From contig OZ219753.1 in assembly GCA_964291315.2 (NCBI GenBank), forward strand, positions 2,496,001 through 2,560,000: a stretch of 64,000 bases of DNA, written 5' to 3'. The notes under the pieces were generated by a model. It did no database searches. It saw only the letters and a list, made by a program, of their open reading frames with translations, and was not told where the DNA came from. Origin of the DNA: Candidatus Poribacteria bacterium (GTDB lineage Bacteria; Poribacteria; WGA-4E; WGA-3G). The position numbers and the translations under genes are program-made. This document shows positions 19,690 to 29,769 of this stretch, in pieces. The first letter of the stretch is position 1. Each line of letters begins with the position of its first letter.

Positions 19690-22524
19690 ATGTTATGGAA
19701 TAAAATCAGAATTTTTGTAGTCTTCGGACTCGTGTTTGTCTTTGCAACCACACAAGCTTTTGGTCTCACTGGCCCTATAATTGGCACGGATGGGGATAGC
19801 AATAAGTATCAGCTGTGGACTGAACTCAAGAAAGCCAAAGGCTTTTCGCTCATTATGAAAGATTTCAATCTCGGTTCCGGTGCAGCTCGTATAGTTAACT
19901 CTGTACACGCGGAGCAGGTCGCTGATTTGCCAGACCTAAAGGCTTTATTGATGCGCGGCGGTGCCATCACAATCTCAATGCGAGTGCCGCTCGCAGCCGA
20001 AATTAGCGACGCTGCCAACCACAGCCTAAAAGCCACAGCGACAGAGGCCGATCTGCTGGCGCTGAAGCACCGCATTGTCATCACCGAGGTGAATTGGGGA
20101 ACGGATACCCCGTACAGAACAGATGCCCAATGGTTTGAGCTCTATAACGCTGGCGCCGCTTTGAAATCCAAGGATTATATCAGGTGGCGCACACATGACA
20201 CGTTGGATCCCGCCGCTGTCCCCGCTCCGGGTAAGATGTTCATGTGGGACGATGATGATGATACGGTCACAGATAAACGCAAGTATGTTGTTTTGGATCG
20301 TGTCGCAGCGATAGATGGGTTTGGCCGGCCGTGGAATCTGAAAGGTACCGATGGCGATACTGCCGACGGTGAACCCGATGGTGATGCACCTACCGATAGG
20401 AATACAGAAGATCCTGCCAATGCGATGACCTCCATGTATCGAAAGATCGAGCTAGATGCCGCGGGTACGGCGTATAAAGTCGAGAACGGAAAACTGAAAG
20501 GGCTCGGGGAAGGCAACGAAGCAGGCTCCTGGGAAGCCTCTGCGGCTCGGTATAATTACTTCAAAGGTAATTACAAAGCGAGTCCGGGGGCTGTTCACAG
20601 TGGTCGCGGGGGTCCGGGGGCAGTCCGGTTTGATATGAACCCTGCCTCTATCTCTTCCACCGGTATCATCATCAATGAGGTGCGCAACGACCCCTCAAGT
20701 GCAAACTTGGATTGGATAGAGCTCTTCTATAATAGCGATAATGCATCGGATGCCCCCGTGAATATAAAGAACTATGAGCTGAGCCTCGTCATGGGCAAGA
20801 TGAAGGCTGACGGCAGCGGCTATCACGAGTCCGGGGATGCCAACTTCACGGACACAAGCCTCGCGGTGCTGCCTGAATATAAGATGAAGCCGGGCGAGTA
20901 TCTCGTCGTCTATAACCGGGAGCCTGGGAAAAGTGTTGGGTTCGCTAACGGTGAGAACCTTCAGGGCATCTTGGACAAAACTGACATCAAGACAGGTGCC
21001 ACGCACAAGTATGTGGTCGCTGACACTCTCAACCTGCCTGCTACAGGCAAGTTCTTGATCCTGCTGCGCACCCGAAATCATGCCGATGATGTCGGCAAGC
21101 CGACGAATGTCAAAGACTACGTTGGTAACGGGTTCTTCAAGCGCGTGGAAGATAAGAAGTTCAATACAAATGTCTGGCCGTTTGTCGGTTGGACGACCCC
21201 GGGAGACGTTGACGACTTCGGAGACATGAACACCTTTGCCTCTCTGAGTATGTCGTTCGGTCGCGGTGTCCACTTGAACTCGATGGGCAAGTATTGGGCG
21301 AAGTCGCGGGCAAACCGCGTTCACAAAGACGACTGGCAGTCGTTCGAGTTCAGTGGCACCGGCTACGATCGCGGCAAAGATAAAGGCATTGATATAACGA
21401 GTTCGCCTGGCACGCCGGGGTATCCCAACATGGCTATCACCATGATCACCGACGACAGAGACACCTCAGCGACTGATGATGATTACATGTTCGATGGAAA
21501 CGTCACGATCAGCGAGATTATGTATGATGCGGGGCCCCGCTCCAACTTGGTGCAATGGATAGAACTCTACAACAGCTCTATGACTGAGACCATAAACCTT
21601 GAAGGCTGGGAGTTAGAGATCCGCAACCAAGACGCAGACCAAGAAGCGTATGTAGATGCGGATTTCACCTTTAATGCGGATACGTATCTGCCGCCGAATC
21701 AGACGTTACTTCTGGTGTCGAGCAGTGGGATGAACGATGTAGCAGATAACTACGTCTACAACCTACAAGAGAAGCACCGGAACGATCTCGGGTTGACAAC
21801 GCGCGGGCGTCTATTGCTGAGCTCCGAGGGCTTCCATCTGGAGCTGCGGGCGAAAGTCAACGAGGCCGGCGACTCGAAGTTGATGGCAGTGGACACAGCT
21901 GGCAACCTTGAGATAGCGGGTGCTACGCGTACGCATAAGTGGGACCTGCCAAAACCCGGTGATGTACGTGTCTCTATTGTGCGGACCTATGCGGGTGTCT
22001 TCAACGATATGGCGGAAGGTTCTGGACCGCGTGATGCGGATGACGGGCTGATGGAAGCCTCTTGGCGGAAATCTGACCTTGTCGGTGCCACGATGACTTT
22101 CTATGGACATCGGGACGATATCGGCACGCCCGGCTACCGCCTCGGCGGCCCGCTACCCGTTTCACTTTCCAGCTTCCGGCCTGTGCGCAACGCCACAACA
22201 GGACACGTTGAGATTACTTGGATAACGCAGTCCGAGCTAAACAACGCCGGGTTCAATATCCTACGCAGTGAGAGCAAGACCGACGAGTTCCAAGTGATTA
22301 ACACGAAGGGTCTGATTGCTGGCCACGGCACGACATCCGAGAAGCATGTGTATACCTACACAGATACCACTGCAAAGCCGAATGTGGTGTATTACTACCA
22401 GATAGAAGATGTCTCTATGGACGGGGTGCGCACAACGTTACGGACGACGCATCTGCGTGGGGATGTCTCTGCGAGTGGTAAACTCACAACGCGTTGGGGT
22501 GAGCTCAAATCGTCTGGTAAATAG
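19690..22524 (+). CDS. Secreted lamin-tail-domain protein with a PLPV-type Ig-like C-terminal domain and a KLTTxWGxLK tail; candidate surface-layer protein
   Basis: GAGGAG RBS; signal peptide; three LTD-like motifs (IVITEVNW..WFELYN, IIINEVRN..WIELFY, VTISEIMY..WIELYN); PLPVSLSSF...W.TQSE.NNAGFNILRS...YYYQIEDV. Confidence 0.8.
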   Translation: MLWNKIRIFVVFGLVFVFATTQAFGLTGPIIGTDGDSNKYQLWTELKKAKGFSLIMKDFNLGSGAARIVNSVHAEQVADLPDLKALLMRGGAITISMRVPLAAEISDAANHSLKATATEADLLALKHRIVITEVNWGTDTPYRTDAQWFELYNAGAALKSKDYIRWRTHDTLDPAAVPAPGKMFMWDDDDDTVTDKRKYVVLDRVAAIDGFGRPWNLKGTDGDTADGEPDGDAPTDRNTEDPANAMTSMYRKIELDAAGTAYKVENGKLKGLGEGNEAGSWEASAARYNYFKGNYKASPGAVHSGRGGPGAVRFDMNPASISSTGIIINEVRNDPSSANLDWIELFYNSDNASDAPVNIKNYELSLVMGKMKADGSGYHESGDANFTDTSLAVLPEYKMKPGEYLVVYNREPGKSVGFANGENLQGILDKTDIKTGATHKYVVADTLNLPATGKFLILLRTRNHADDVGKPTNVKDYVGNGFFKRVEDKKFNTNVWPFVGWTTPGDVDDFGDMNTFASLSMSFGRGVHLNSMGKYWAKSRANRVHKDDWQSFEFSGTGYDRGKDKGIDITSSPGTPGYPNMAITMITDDRDTSATDDDYMFDGNVTISEIMYDAGPRSNLVQWIELYNSSMTETINLEGWELEIRNQDADQEAYVDADFTFNADTYLPPNQTLLLVSSSGMNDVADNYVYNLQEKHRNDLGLTTRGRLLLSSEGFHLELRAKVNEAGDSKLMAVDTAGNLEIAGATRTHKWDLPKPGDVRVSIVRTYAGVFNDMAEGSGPRDADDGLMEASWRKSDLVGATMTFYGHRDDIGTPGYRLGGPLPVSLSSFRPVRNATTGHVEITWITQSELNNAGFNILRSESKTDEFQVINTKGLIAGHGTTSEKHVYTYTDTTAKPNVVYYYQIEDVSMDGVRTTLRTTHLRGDVSASGKLTTRWGELKSSGK

Positions 22525-22572
22525 CGGACACAGCGGTTAGACAGAGACAAAATTAACCTAAAATTAACTGAA

Positions 22573-22612
22573 TTCTGGGGAGTGGAACGCCTGTTTCACC
22601 CCCGGAGTTTTT
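22573..22612 (+). terminator. Intrinsic terminator
   Basis: ttctggggagtggaac / gtttcacccccggag stem followed by TTTTT. Confidence 0.75.
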
Positions 22613-22990
22613 CCACAGTTGCCGACTGACTCCCCATAGACCTGATTTCCAATACTGCCGACACCATTGAGTCGCATACCACTCTATTTTTTTAAGAAAA
22701 GCGATGTGCATGATTTGATTTGCTTTTCCGGCATACAGCTGCTAAAATAGATAAGATAGGTTTGCAGCATGTGCCTCAAGGACAACGGATCCACGAGGGC
22801 AACATGGCTAAGGCAATTTCGGCATTACCGTCGATAGCTACCTAGAACATAAGTAGGACAGTCTGCTAGTACCAATTCAACAAAAGGTGATGTGTCCTCT
22901 CCACTTATTGGACACATCAAGGCGAGCTGTCTCACCGTTTCTGGACTTCAAGCACAGATTATGAGCAGAAAAAAATAGTGAGATATAACG

Positions 22991-23581
22991 ATGTCTGGCG
23001 AAACAGGGCGACGCGGCTTTTTCAAGGAAGCTTTGAACCAAATCATGCAACCCGTCGCCGAATTTCTTGAGGACCGGGTAGAAGAACATCTTCACTCCGC
23101 AGATTCAGCGCAACCTGTTATCTTTCGACCCCCCGGAGCATTACGTGAACCAGAATTTTTAGAACGGTGCCATCGGTGTGGAAACTGTGTCAAGAATTGT
23201 CCGGCAGACGCTATTCAGCTCTTGCAGAGTCAGGATGCCAACCTTGCCAATACGCCCTACATAGACCCTGATGAGCAGCCTTGCGTTATTTGCGATTCCT
23301 TGGCCTGTATGTACGTCTGTCCGAGCGGTGCTTTACAAACCGTTTATGCCGAAGACATTAGAATCGGACTAGCAGTCTTTACTACAGAAACCTGCCTCCG
23401 TACAAAAGAAACAGATTGCACCTACTGTGTTGACACTTGTCCTATTGGAAGTGAAGCGATTCGCCTTACGTCAGATGGGAGTGTAGAGGTCATAGATTCA
23501 GGATGCACAGGGTGTGGTGTCTGCCAATACGTCTGTCCAACTTTACCGAAGTCTATAACCGTTAAGCCGCTTACTGCGTAA
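22991..23581 (+). CDS. 4Fe-4S dicluster protein (NapG/MauM/NapF-like ferredoxin)
   Basis: RRGFF N-terminus, RPPGA, CHRCGNCVKNCP, C..C...CP and CTGCGVCQYVCP motifs. Confidence 0.85.
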   Translation: MSGETGRRGFFKEALNQIMQPVAEFLEDRVEEHLHSADSAQPVIFRPPGALREPEFLERCHRCGNCVKNCPADAIQLLQSQDANLANTPYIDPDEQPCVICDSLACMYVCPSGALQTVYAEDIRIGLAVFTTETCLRTKETDCTYCVDTCPIGSEAIRLTSDGSVEVIDSGCTGCGVCQYVCPTLPKSITVKPLTA

Positions 23582-23624
23582 CTATCTCCGCCTATTTTTT
23601 TTCTCGCGTCTTTTCCTAAACAGT

Positions 23625-24182
23625 ATGTCTTTATTTACACAAATGCTTATGCAAGGGACTTTAGAGGCGCGGAACCTGCGTGACATTAAACCACCGTTGG
23701 AAATACCACAGAGCCTCTTAATTTACTTTATCGGCGGGGCCGCTCTACTCGGCTTTATAACCCTTTCTGCATGGATCTATGCCCGAAAACGTTATCGACG
23801 AGTCTTATCAGGGCCCCTGGCCGAAGACAACAGTACGCCCCTACCGCATGAAGTCGCATACGAACACCTAGCAGCTATTGAAGACTCCGATTGGTTGGAA
23901 CGCGGTGATACGGTAAAGTATCATACCCAAATTGCCTACGTTCTGCGTGAATACATCCGAGGACGCTATCAGATTCCAGCATTGGAATTGACGACGACAG
24001 CCCTGCTGTACGCGATGCGACGCGCCCAAATAGGTACATCTTATGTTGAACACGTCCAACAATTGCTCGCCAGCTGCGATAGAGTCAAGTTCGCAAATTA
24101 CAGACCCGAACTGTCAGAGGCGACCACACGGATAGCGGACGCACGTTGGGTTGTTGATAACACAAAAGCATCAATTTCGTGA
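23625..24182 (+). CDS. Hypothetical single-TM protein of the type found near Bat/VWA genes
   Basis: LRDIKPP, one TM, LREYI..RY...ALELTT, DRVKFA. Confidence 0.6.
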   Translation: MSLFTQMLMQGTLEARNLRDIKPPLEIPQSLLIYFIGGAALLGFITLSAWIYARKRYRRVLSGPLAEDNSTPLPHEVAYEHLAAIEDSDWLERGDTVKYHTQIAYVLREYIRGRYQIPALELTTTALLYAMRRAQIGTSYVEHVQQLLASCDRVKFANYRPELSEATTRIADARWVVDNTKASIS

Positions 24183-24212
24183 GCTACGGTGCAGGATAGG
24201 TTTTGCCTTATG

Positions 24213-25112
24213 CTACAACTGAGCTTTCAAATAGGCATAGGTCCAGTCCGAGACTGTATAACCACAGTTACTGTAAAAAAGTAGTGCCCGGTAATTTTTC
24301 CAATTGGTGCTAATTACGGCATGACGATATCCAACATTACGCATCTTGTGAAGTGTGAATTCCAACAAGTAACGCCCTAGACCGTGCCCTTGGAATTCGT
24401 CATTTACACCCAGCCACATGGTATGCAGCCAATCTTGCGCGTCGGGGTGCTCTGAGAACTCGCCACCTGATACTGAATAGCAGACACCAACCTCTACGTT
24501 GTTCTGTAATGCTTGCACAGTGCAGTTTGGACGTTCACCCCTACCGGATTGCCAATCCACCGAAATTTCAACAGGAATTTTCGATTCGATTGGGGTGACA
24601 ACGTAGTCTTTCCATGCTAAAAATACTTCACCGAATTTACGTTGATAGCCGTTGTGTCCGAGAAGCCCGTGGACTTGCCCTAAGCTATCCGATAGGTAAG
24701 CGTGTCCAAAGTGATAAAATCGATAGCGGTAGTCTTGTGGGAAGGCGATGATTTGACCGGAATTATAAGTGGATAGGTAGGATTCCGCTTTTTCAAGGAG
24801 GGCCTGTCCAGCTTGTCGTTCCCCGGGGCGATAGCCGAAAAACCGAATAATACCGATATTGTTCTCGCTCAGCTCTTCAATCGGTCCGATACCGACCTGT
24901 ATGAACCCGAGAACCGTCCCTGGCTCTCTGGCAACAAAGGTAGTTTGAGGCAGGAGTGCCTTCTTGTCTTCTGTTTCGTGGGCAGTAGGTGCCAATAATG
25001 CACCTAATTCTCCCCCACTTATAGGGTAGCAGTGTGGAACATTGGCGGTGAGGTCGTTGTAGAATTCGGATGAATGCCTTTGCATCTCTGTGGTGTATTC
25101 AAGGACTTCCAT
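24213..25112 (-). CDS. GNAT family N-acetyltransferase
   Basis: V...FQGHGLGRYLL, N.RALLFY...GY acetyl-CoA binding motifs; ATG 25112 preferred. Confidence 0.8.
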   Translation of the reverse strand: MEVLEYTTEMQRHSSEFYNDLTANVPHCYPISGGELGALLAPTAHETEDKKALLPQTTFVAREPGTVLGFIQVGIGPIEELSENNIGIIRFFGYRPGERQAGQALLEKAESYLSTYNSGQIIAFPQDYRYRFYHFGHAYLSDSLGQVHGLLGHNGYQRKFGEVFLAWKDYVVTPIESKIPVEISVDWQSGRGERPNCTVQALQNNVEVGVCYSVSGGEFSEHPDAQDWLHTMWLGVNDEFQGHGLGRYLLEFTLHKMRNVGYRHAVISTNWKNYRALLFYSNCGYTVSDWTYAYLKAQL

Positions 25113-25306
25113 AGAATAATATCTCCCTTTCAGGATTATCGGTTCCCTTTGAATGTCTAGCACGCGCTGTTACAACCCTCTGATTTGTAGCCGTCGCGAA
25201 CATTCCTACAGCTAGAAACGCTAACAACTGTCGACTTTTTGGAAGCTGATATCCATTAAATTTTATGATAGCATGAGTATCATGAGAAATCAATTGGATA
25301 AAAAAT

Positions 25307-25336
25307 TTGACATAATTAAGAGAGATATGGTATGAT
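25307..25336 (+). promoter_or_regulatory. Sigma70 promoter TTGACA-18-TATGAT with extended -10
   Basis: Upstream of the rsbW-like gene. Confidence 0.55.
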
Positions 25337-25504
25337 TTAATTTAATCAAGTTTTCATAAACTTACATCTAAACAATCGGTTGAAATCTGCTAAAGTTCTC
25401 TTTAATATTCTTCATTTCCTGCCGATTGCAAAAGGAACAAAAGCCGAAATAGATTTTGTAGATTTCTATACAAACACAAGCCATAGCAAGGAGGGAAACG
25501 CAAC

Positions 25505-25936
25505 GTGTCACATACAGCTAAACACGTCGCCCTCACTATACCGATGTATCCTGATATGGAACTTGCTGCAGCCAAGACAGCCTCTGTTCTTGCCGAGTTG
25601 ATGGATTTCGGAGAGGGAGAGGTTGAGGAGATCCAACTTGCAATCATCGAAACCTGTATTAACGCCTTTGAACATAGTCAAAGCGCCGATCAGGAAGTCC
25701 ATATCGACTTTGTACTTATGGATGATGAGTTGCAATTTAAGGTCACAGATCGAGGAGTCGGTATCTCTTCTGATACACTTGACGGGAGCCGACTGCTTGG
25801 AACACCAGGCGTACATGCGGATCTCCGTAAGCGCGGAATGGGGTTGCAAATTATCAGGTCCCTAATGGATGAAGTAGATATAGAAAGCACCCCTAACGGA
25901 ACAACTGTCAGGATTATAAAAAGAAAGAGACCCTGA
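25505..25936 (+). CDS. Anti-sigma factor / Ser kinase (RsbW-like HATPase)
   Basis: LAIIETCINAFEH, V.DRGVG, RGMGLQIIRSLMDEV, GTTV. Confidence 0.88.
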   Translation: MSHTAKHVALTIPMYPDMELAAAKTASVLAELMDFGEGEVEEIQLAIIETCINAFEHSQSADQEVHIDFVLMDDELQFKVTDRGVGISSDTLDGSRLLGTPGVHADLRKRGMGLQIIRSLMDEVDIESTPNGTTVRIIKRKRP

Positions 25937-26105
25937 ACCCTTGGACCGCTTCGCTGTATTAAGAACACAACTTCGGATCAGTGAAGCGAAACTCCAAAAC
26001 CTGTGTTCAAGTCTGTTTTAAGTGATAGACTCTTGCTATATAACCTTCTACTCTATAGGGATGTAGCTTGCAAGTCCGTGTAAGGAAGTTAAGGAGGTAT
26101 CGGTT

Positions 26106-26447
26106 TTGAACAAATTTGATATTCAAATCCGGGAAGATGGAAAATACGCAATCATTGAGACAGCTGGCTATCTCAACGATGCACTTGGGGAGCAACTCGC
26201 CGGAAAAGCCCGAGAACTCATTCAAAATGGGTATACCCAGCTGGTTATCAATCTTGAGAACACTACGCTTATTAATAGCATAGGTATCTCTATACTTATT
26301 GAAATCATAGAAGCTCTTCATGAACGAGAGGGCGTTCTAAATTTCTGTGGGTTGTCAGGCACTCAGGAACGGACTTTTCGTATGATGGCGCTTGCGAAAT
26401 ACGCCGGCATTTTCCCAGATGAAGAATCCGCTGTCGCCAACCTATAA
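26106..26447 (+). CDS. STAS anti-sigma factor antagonist (RsbV-like)
   Basis: LVINL.....INSIGI with the phospho-acceptor Ser; AGGAGG RBS before TTG. Confidence 0.88.
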   Translation: MNKFDIQIREDGKYAIIETAGYLNDALGEQLAGKARELIQNGYTQLVINLENTTLINSIGISILIEIIEALHEREGVLNFCGLSGTQERTFRMMALAKYAGIFPDEESAVANL

Positions 26448-26599
26448 CCCTTTTCTCTTTCAGATTTTGATTTCTGTCCTGATTGAGATTTGTTCCGCTT
26501 TATCTGATTAGATGTATCTTTGGAAATACGTCTTGTGCCTTATGGTCATCCTTGTAGTAATAGATATAACGTCAAATATTAACATCTGGACCCAATACT

Positions 26600-28540
26600 A
26601 TGAAAGATTCAAGCGAACCTATCTTGAATAGCGATCTGCAGCAAGCCCATGCTCCACAAAACACTGCGGAGCAGACAATGGAGCGGCTGATATTTAGTCT
26701 GTCCGAGCTGGAGCATTTGGGACAAACGCTAATCTCTGGATATGGCAATTTTAACCATTCCAGCAAAACCTATCTTCGTATTACGCTCGGCACCTTGCAA
26801 GTCACATGCGGTGTGATCCTCCGTTATCATGCCACCCGGCAAAACCTTGATGTCGTGGCATCAGCACCGGAAGAAATCTTCCCGTCAATTGTCATTGAGC
26901 CCGAGGAAGTTTCTCGTTTATTGCAACATCCTTTCATCGAGAAAAGCAAACCTCTAGTAGATTTCGAAGTTTTTTTTACTCGAAGCGCCAAACTCACTGA
27001 AACCCTTGACATTCGCCTCTGGGTTCCACTAAAAATTCAAGACGAATTTTTGGGGCTGATCGGTTTAGGCCGATTTTTGGGAAGAGAAACGTTGGAGGCC
27101 TGGGAAAAGGAATTGTTAACTACCCTCGCCCATCAAATTTCAATCGCCATCGCTTATTCACAGATGGTAGAGGGTATCCAGAGCGAAAAGTTTCGGTTAT
27201 TCATGCTTGCCGAAAGCGCACCACAAATCTGTCAACTCTTGCAGCCTGAAGATGCCGCGGAGCAGGTGGTCCTCCAAGCCGTTTCGTTCTTAGATGCCAA
27301 CGCCGGCGCACTCATGCTCAAACGTCCGGAGCAACAAGAGCTCGAGGTGCATTATGCCTTTCCAGAGACATTGGTTGAAAACCAGACAGCCCTGCCCAAC
27401 GGTAATGGACTTATCATCCCCTGGGACGAAAAAACACCTGTCCATGAAAAAACGACATCGGTAAATATGCTAAAATCTGTTGTCAGAGATGGGCTGCCCG
27501 GGCATTGTGTGCCGGAAGCCGATACTCTTTTTGGCGGTAAAAACCTGGTGGCAGTTCCTATCCCAGGGCGAGATGGGGATATTTTGGGGGTCCTAGTTGT
27601 CGGGGATAAAGAGGAACGCGGCGGCAGCATTACACCCTTTACCGATGAGGATGTAGTCTTGCTCGATTCTTTTGCTAAGCAGGCAGGCGTAGCAATTGAG
27701 AATGCTCACCTCCACGAGGAAGCACTTGAAGCGCGGCAGTTGCAAGCAGAGATGGAGGAAGCACGCAAAATTCAAGAGAATCTGATTCCAGAAAAACTCC
27801 CTGACATTCCAGGCTACGAAGTAGCAGGACACTATGAACCGCGCGGCCCGGTCGGAGGCGATTATTATGACTGTATTTCCTTACCTACCGGACATTGGGG
27901 ACTCGCTATCGCGGATGTCTCTGGAAAGGGCATGCAAGCAGCACTACTTATGGCAACCTTGCGCGCCGGACTTATTTCTGAATTATCGCGTGTGAGGACC
28001 GCTACATCAGGAGACGCTAAAAAAGAGGACTGTTTCTCAAGTAGATACGTCGAGATTACCGAAATGGCTATGACCCTCAACTCGCTGCTTTACGCCAGTG
28101 GCACAGAAGAAAAATACGCAACTTTCTTCTATAGTCATCTTAATCCCGAGACCGATGTATTGACAACGCTCAATGCAGGACACAATCCGCCACTTCTCAT
28201 CAGAAAAGATGGTACCCATAAATGGCTGGGCGAAGAAGTCGGCGGCATGCCGTTGGGCATGTTTCCAAACGATATGGTCTCAAATATCGCTGAATATGAA
28301 GCTGAGCATATCCAGCTCGCTAGCGGGGACGTAATCATATATTATACGGACGGGGTCACAGAAACTGTTAACATCGCAGATGAGTATTATGATGAAGATC
28401 GGCTCCTGGAGGCATCAAAGGCATGTAAAGATGATAGCGCTGATGGAATACGAGCATGCCTTCACGAGGCCGTGGTGAGATTTCAGGGGGCCGCAGATCA
28501 ATTTGACGATCTCACGCTGCTGATCTTAAAAAAGAAGTGA
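26600..28540 (+). CDS. GAF-domain PP2C/SpoIIE phosphatase (RsbU-like)
   Basis: Two GAF-like regions; VGGDYYD, IADVSGKG, NAGHNPP, YTDGVTE, DDLTL. Confidence 0.9.
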   Translation: MKDSSEPILNSDLQQAHAPQNTAEQTMERLIFSLSELEHLGQTLISGYGNFNHSSKTYLRITLGTLQVTCGVILRYHATRQNLDVVASAPEEIFPSIVIEPEEVSRLLQHPFIEKSKPLVDFEVFFTRSAKLTETLDIRLWVPLKIQDEFLGLIGLGRFLGRETLEAWEKELLTTLAHQISIAIAYSQMVEGIQSEKFRLFMLAESAPQICQLLQPEDAAEQVVLQAVSFLDANAGALMLKRPEQQELEVHYAFPETLVENQTALPNGNGLIIPWDEKTPVHEKTTSVNMLKSVVRDGLPGHCVPEADTLFGGKNLVAVPIPGRDGDILGVLVVGDKEERGGSITPFTDEDVVLLDSFAKQAGVAIENAHLHEEALEARQLQAEMEEARKIQENLIPEKLPDIPGYEVAGHYEPRGPVGGDYYDCISLPTGHWGLAIADVSGKGMQAALLMATLRAGLISELSRVRTATSGDAKKEDCFSSRYVEITEMAMTLNSLLYASGTEEKYATFFYSHLNPETDVLTTLNAGHNPPLLIRKDGTHKWLGEEVGGMPLGMFPNDMVSNIAEYEAEHIQLASGDVIIYYTDGVTETVNIADEYYDEDRLLEASKACKDDSADGIRACLHEAVVRFQGAADQFDDLTLLILKKK

Positions 28541-28655
28541 GAAAGAGCTATCAGAAACAGGAGGCAGACAGTTGTCACTAGTTCTATTATGGTGATAGAG
28601 ACGTTCGGAACTACATACATCTTACTGACCCCTGAGCACCGACGGCTGTGAAAAA

Positions 28656-29627
28656 ATGCAAACCCACTCAGAAGGGAGCAGATTCCTAAATCCGGCAATT
28701 CTTGCCCGTATCGGAAATCTTGAACTAATCGCCAAATTCGTCGTTGAAGGTTTTATTTCAGGGCTCCATAAAAGTCCATATCACGGATTCAGCGTCGAAT
28801 TTTCGCAATACCGGCAGTACATGCCCGGTGATGACACCAAACACATAGATTGGAAAGCCTATGCACGGACTGACAGATATTACATCAAGCAGTTTGAGGA
28901 GGAAACCAACCTCAACTGTTACCTGCTTTTAGATGCCAGTGAATCTATGATGCATCCAGTAGACGATGGACAAGCAGGCGAGGCGACGGATCAGAGAGAA
29001 AACAGACAGACCTTGACGAAGTTAAGATATTCCAGTTTCCTGATCGGGTCACTTGCCTATTTCATGGCGAAGCAGCGAGATGCTGTCGGATTTGCGTATT
29101 TTGATGAAGCACTTCACCAATACCTTCCGGCCCGAAGCAGCACATCACACTTGCATTCTATCTTACTCACATTGGAGGCCATGAAAACTTCAAAAAGCAC
29201 ACGAATGGGAACCCCGTTACATCAAATCGCGGAACGTTTGACGAAGCGCGGTTTAGTGCTTTTTATCTCAGATTTATATGATGAAAATCAAGAAGAGGTC
29301 ATCTCCGGTTTGGAACATTTGCGATATGACGGACATGAGGTCATCGTTTTTCACGTCCTCTCGCAGCAAGAGGTTGACTTCGCTAACTTTGAAACAGGGA
29401 GGAGTTCAGAAGCCCTTATCCGTTTCGTTGATTCAGAAAACGACAATGAAATTATTACAACACCACAAGTGATTCGGGAGAGTTATCTGAGCAATTTCAA
29501 TGCATTTCTTGATACCTATAGACTTGCACTGCGGCAAGCAGATGTTGATTATAACGTAATAACAACATCAACCCCAATTGACTTAGCACTTGCGTCCTAT
29601 CTTGCCAAGCGGCAAGGTATTCTTTGA
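28656..29627 (+). CDS. DUF58 domain protein
   Basis: G.HKSPYHGFSVEFSQYRQY.PGDD...IDWK, KQFEEETN, ISD. Confidence 0.9.
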   Translation: MQTHSEGSRFLNPAILARIGNLELIAKFVVEGFISGLHKSPYHGFSVEFSQYRQYMPGDDTKHIDWKAYARTDRYYIKQFEEETNLNCYLLLDASESMMHPVDDGQAGEATDQRENRQTLTKLRYSSFLIGSLAYFMAKQRDAVGFAYFDEALHQYLPARSSTSHLHSILLTLEAMKTSKSTRMGTPLHQIAERLTKRGLVLFISDLYDENQEEVISGLEHLRYDGHEVIVFHVLSQQEVDFANFETGRSSEALIRFVDSENDNEIITTPQVIRESYLSNFNAFLDTYRLALRQADVDYNVITTSTPIDLALASYLAKRQGIL

Positions 29628-29769
29628 GCGGTTGTCAGTTATCGATTACAGAAACAGAGGTCTGTTTGGGCCGTTTCTTACCTAATTGACGACTGATAGT
29701 CGATGTTTCAACAACCCCAAGGGAATCTGTGTGGCGGATTTCTGTATTAGCAACTGATAACTAGCACTA
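29628..29769. repeat. Heptamer-armed palindromic intergenic element
   Basis: Left arm cggttgtcagttatcg; right arms ttgacgactgatagtcg and caactgataactagcacta. Confidence 0.5.

Noticed and set aside
20695-21324. 209-aa antisense ORF, and similar shadow ORFs such as 41728-42336 and 5864-6454
   Set aside because: Antisense to well-supported genes with biased codon usage, no motifs or RBS
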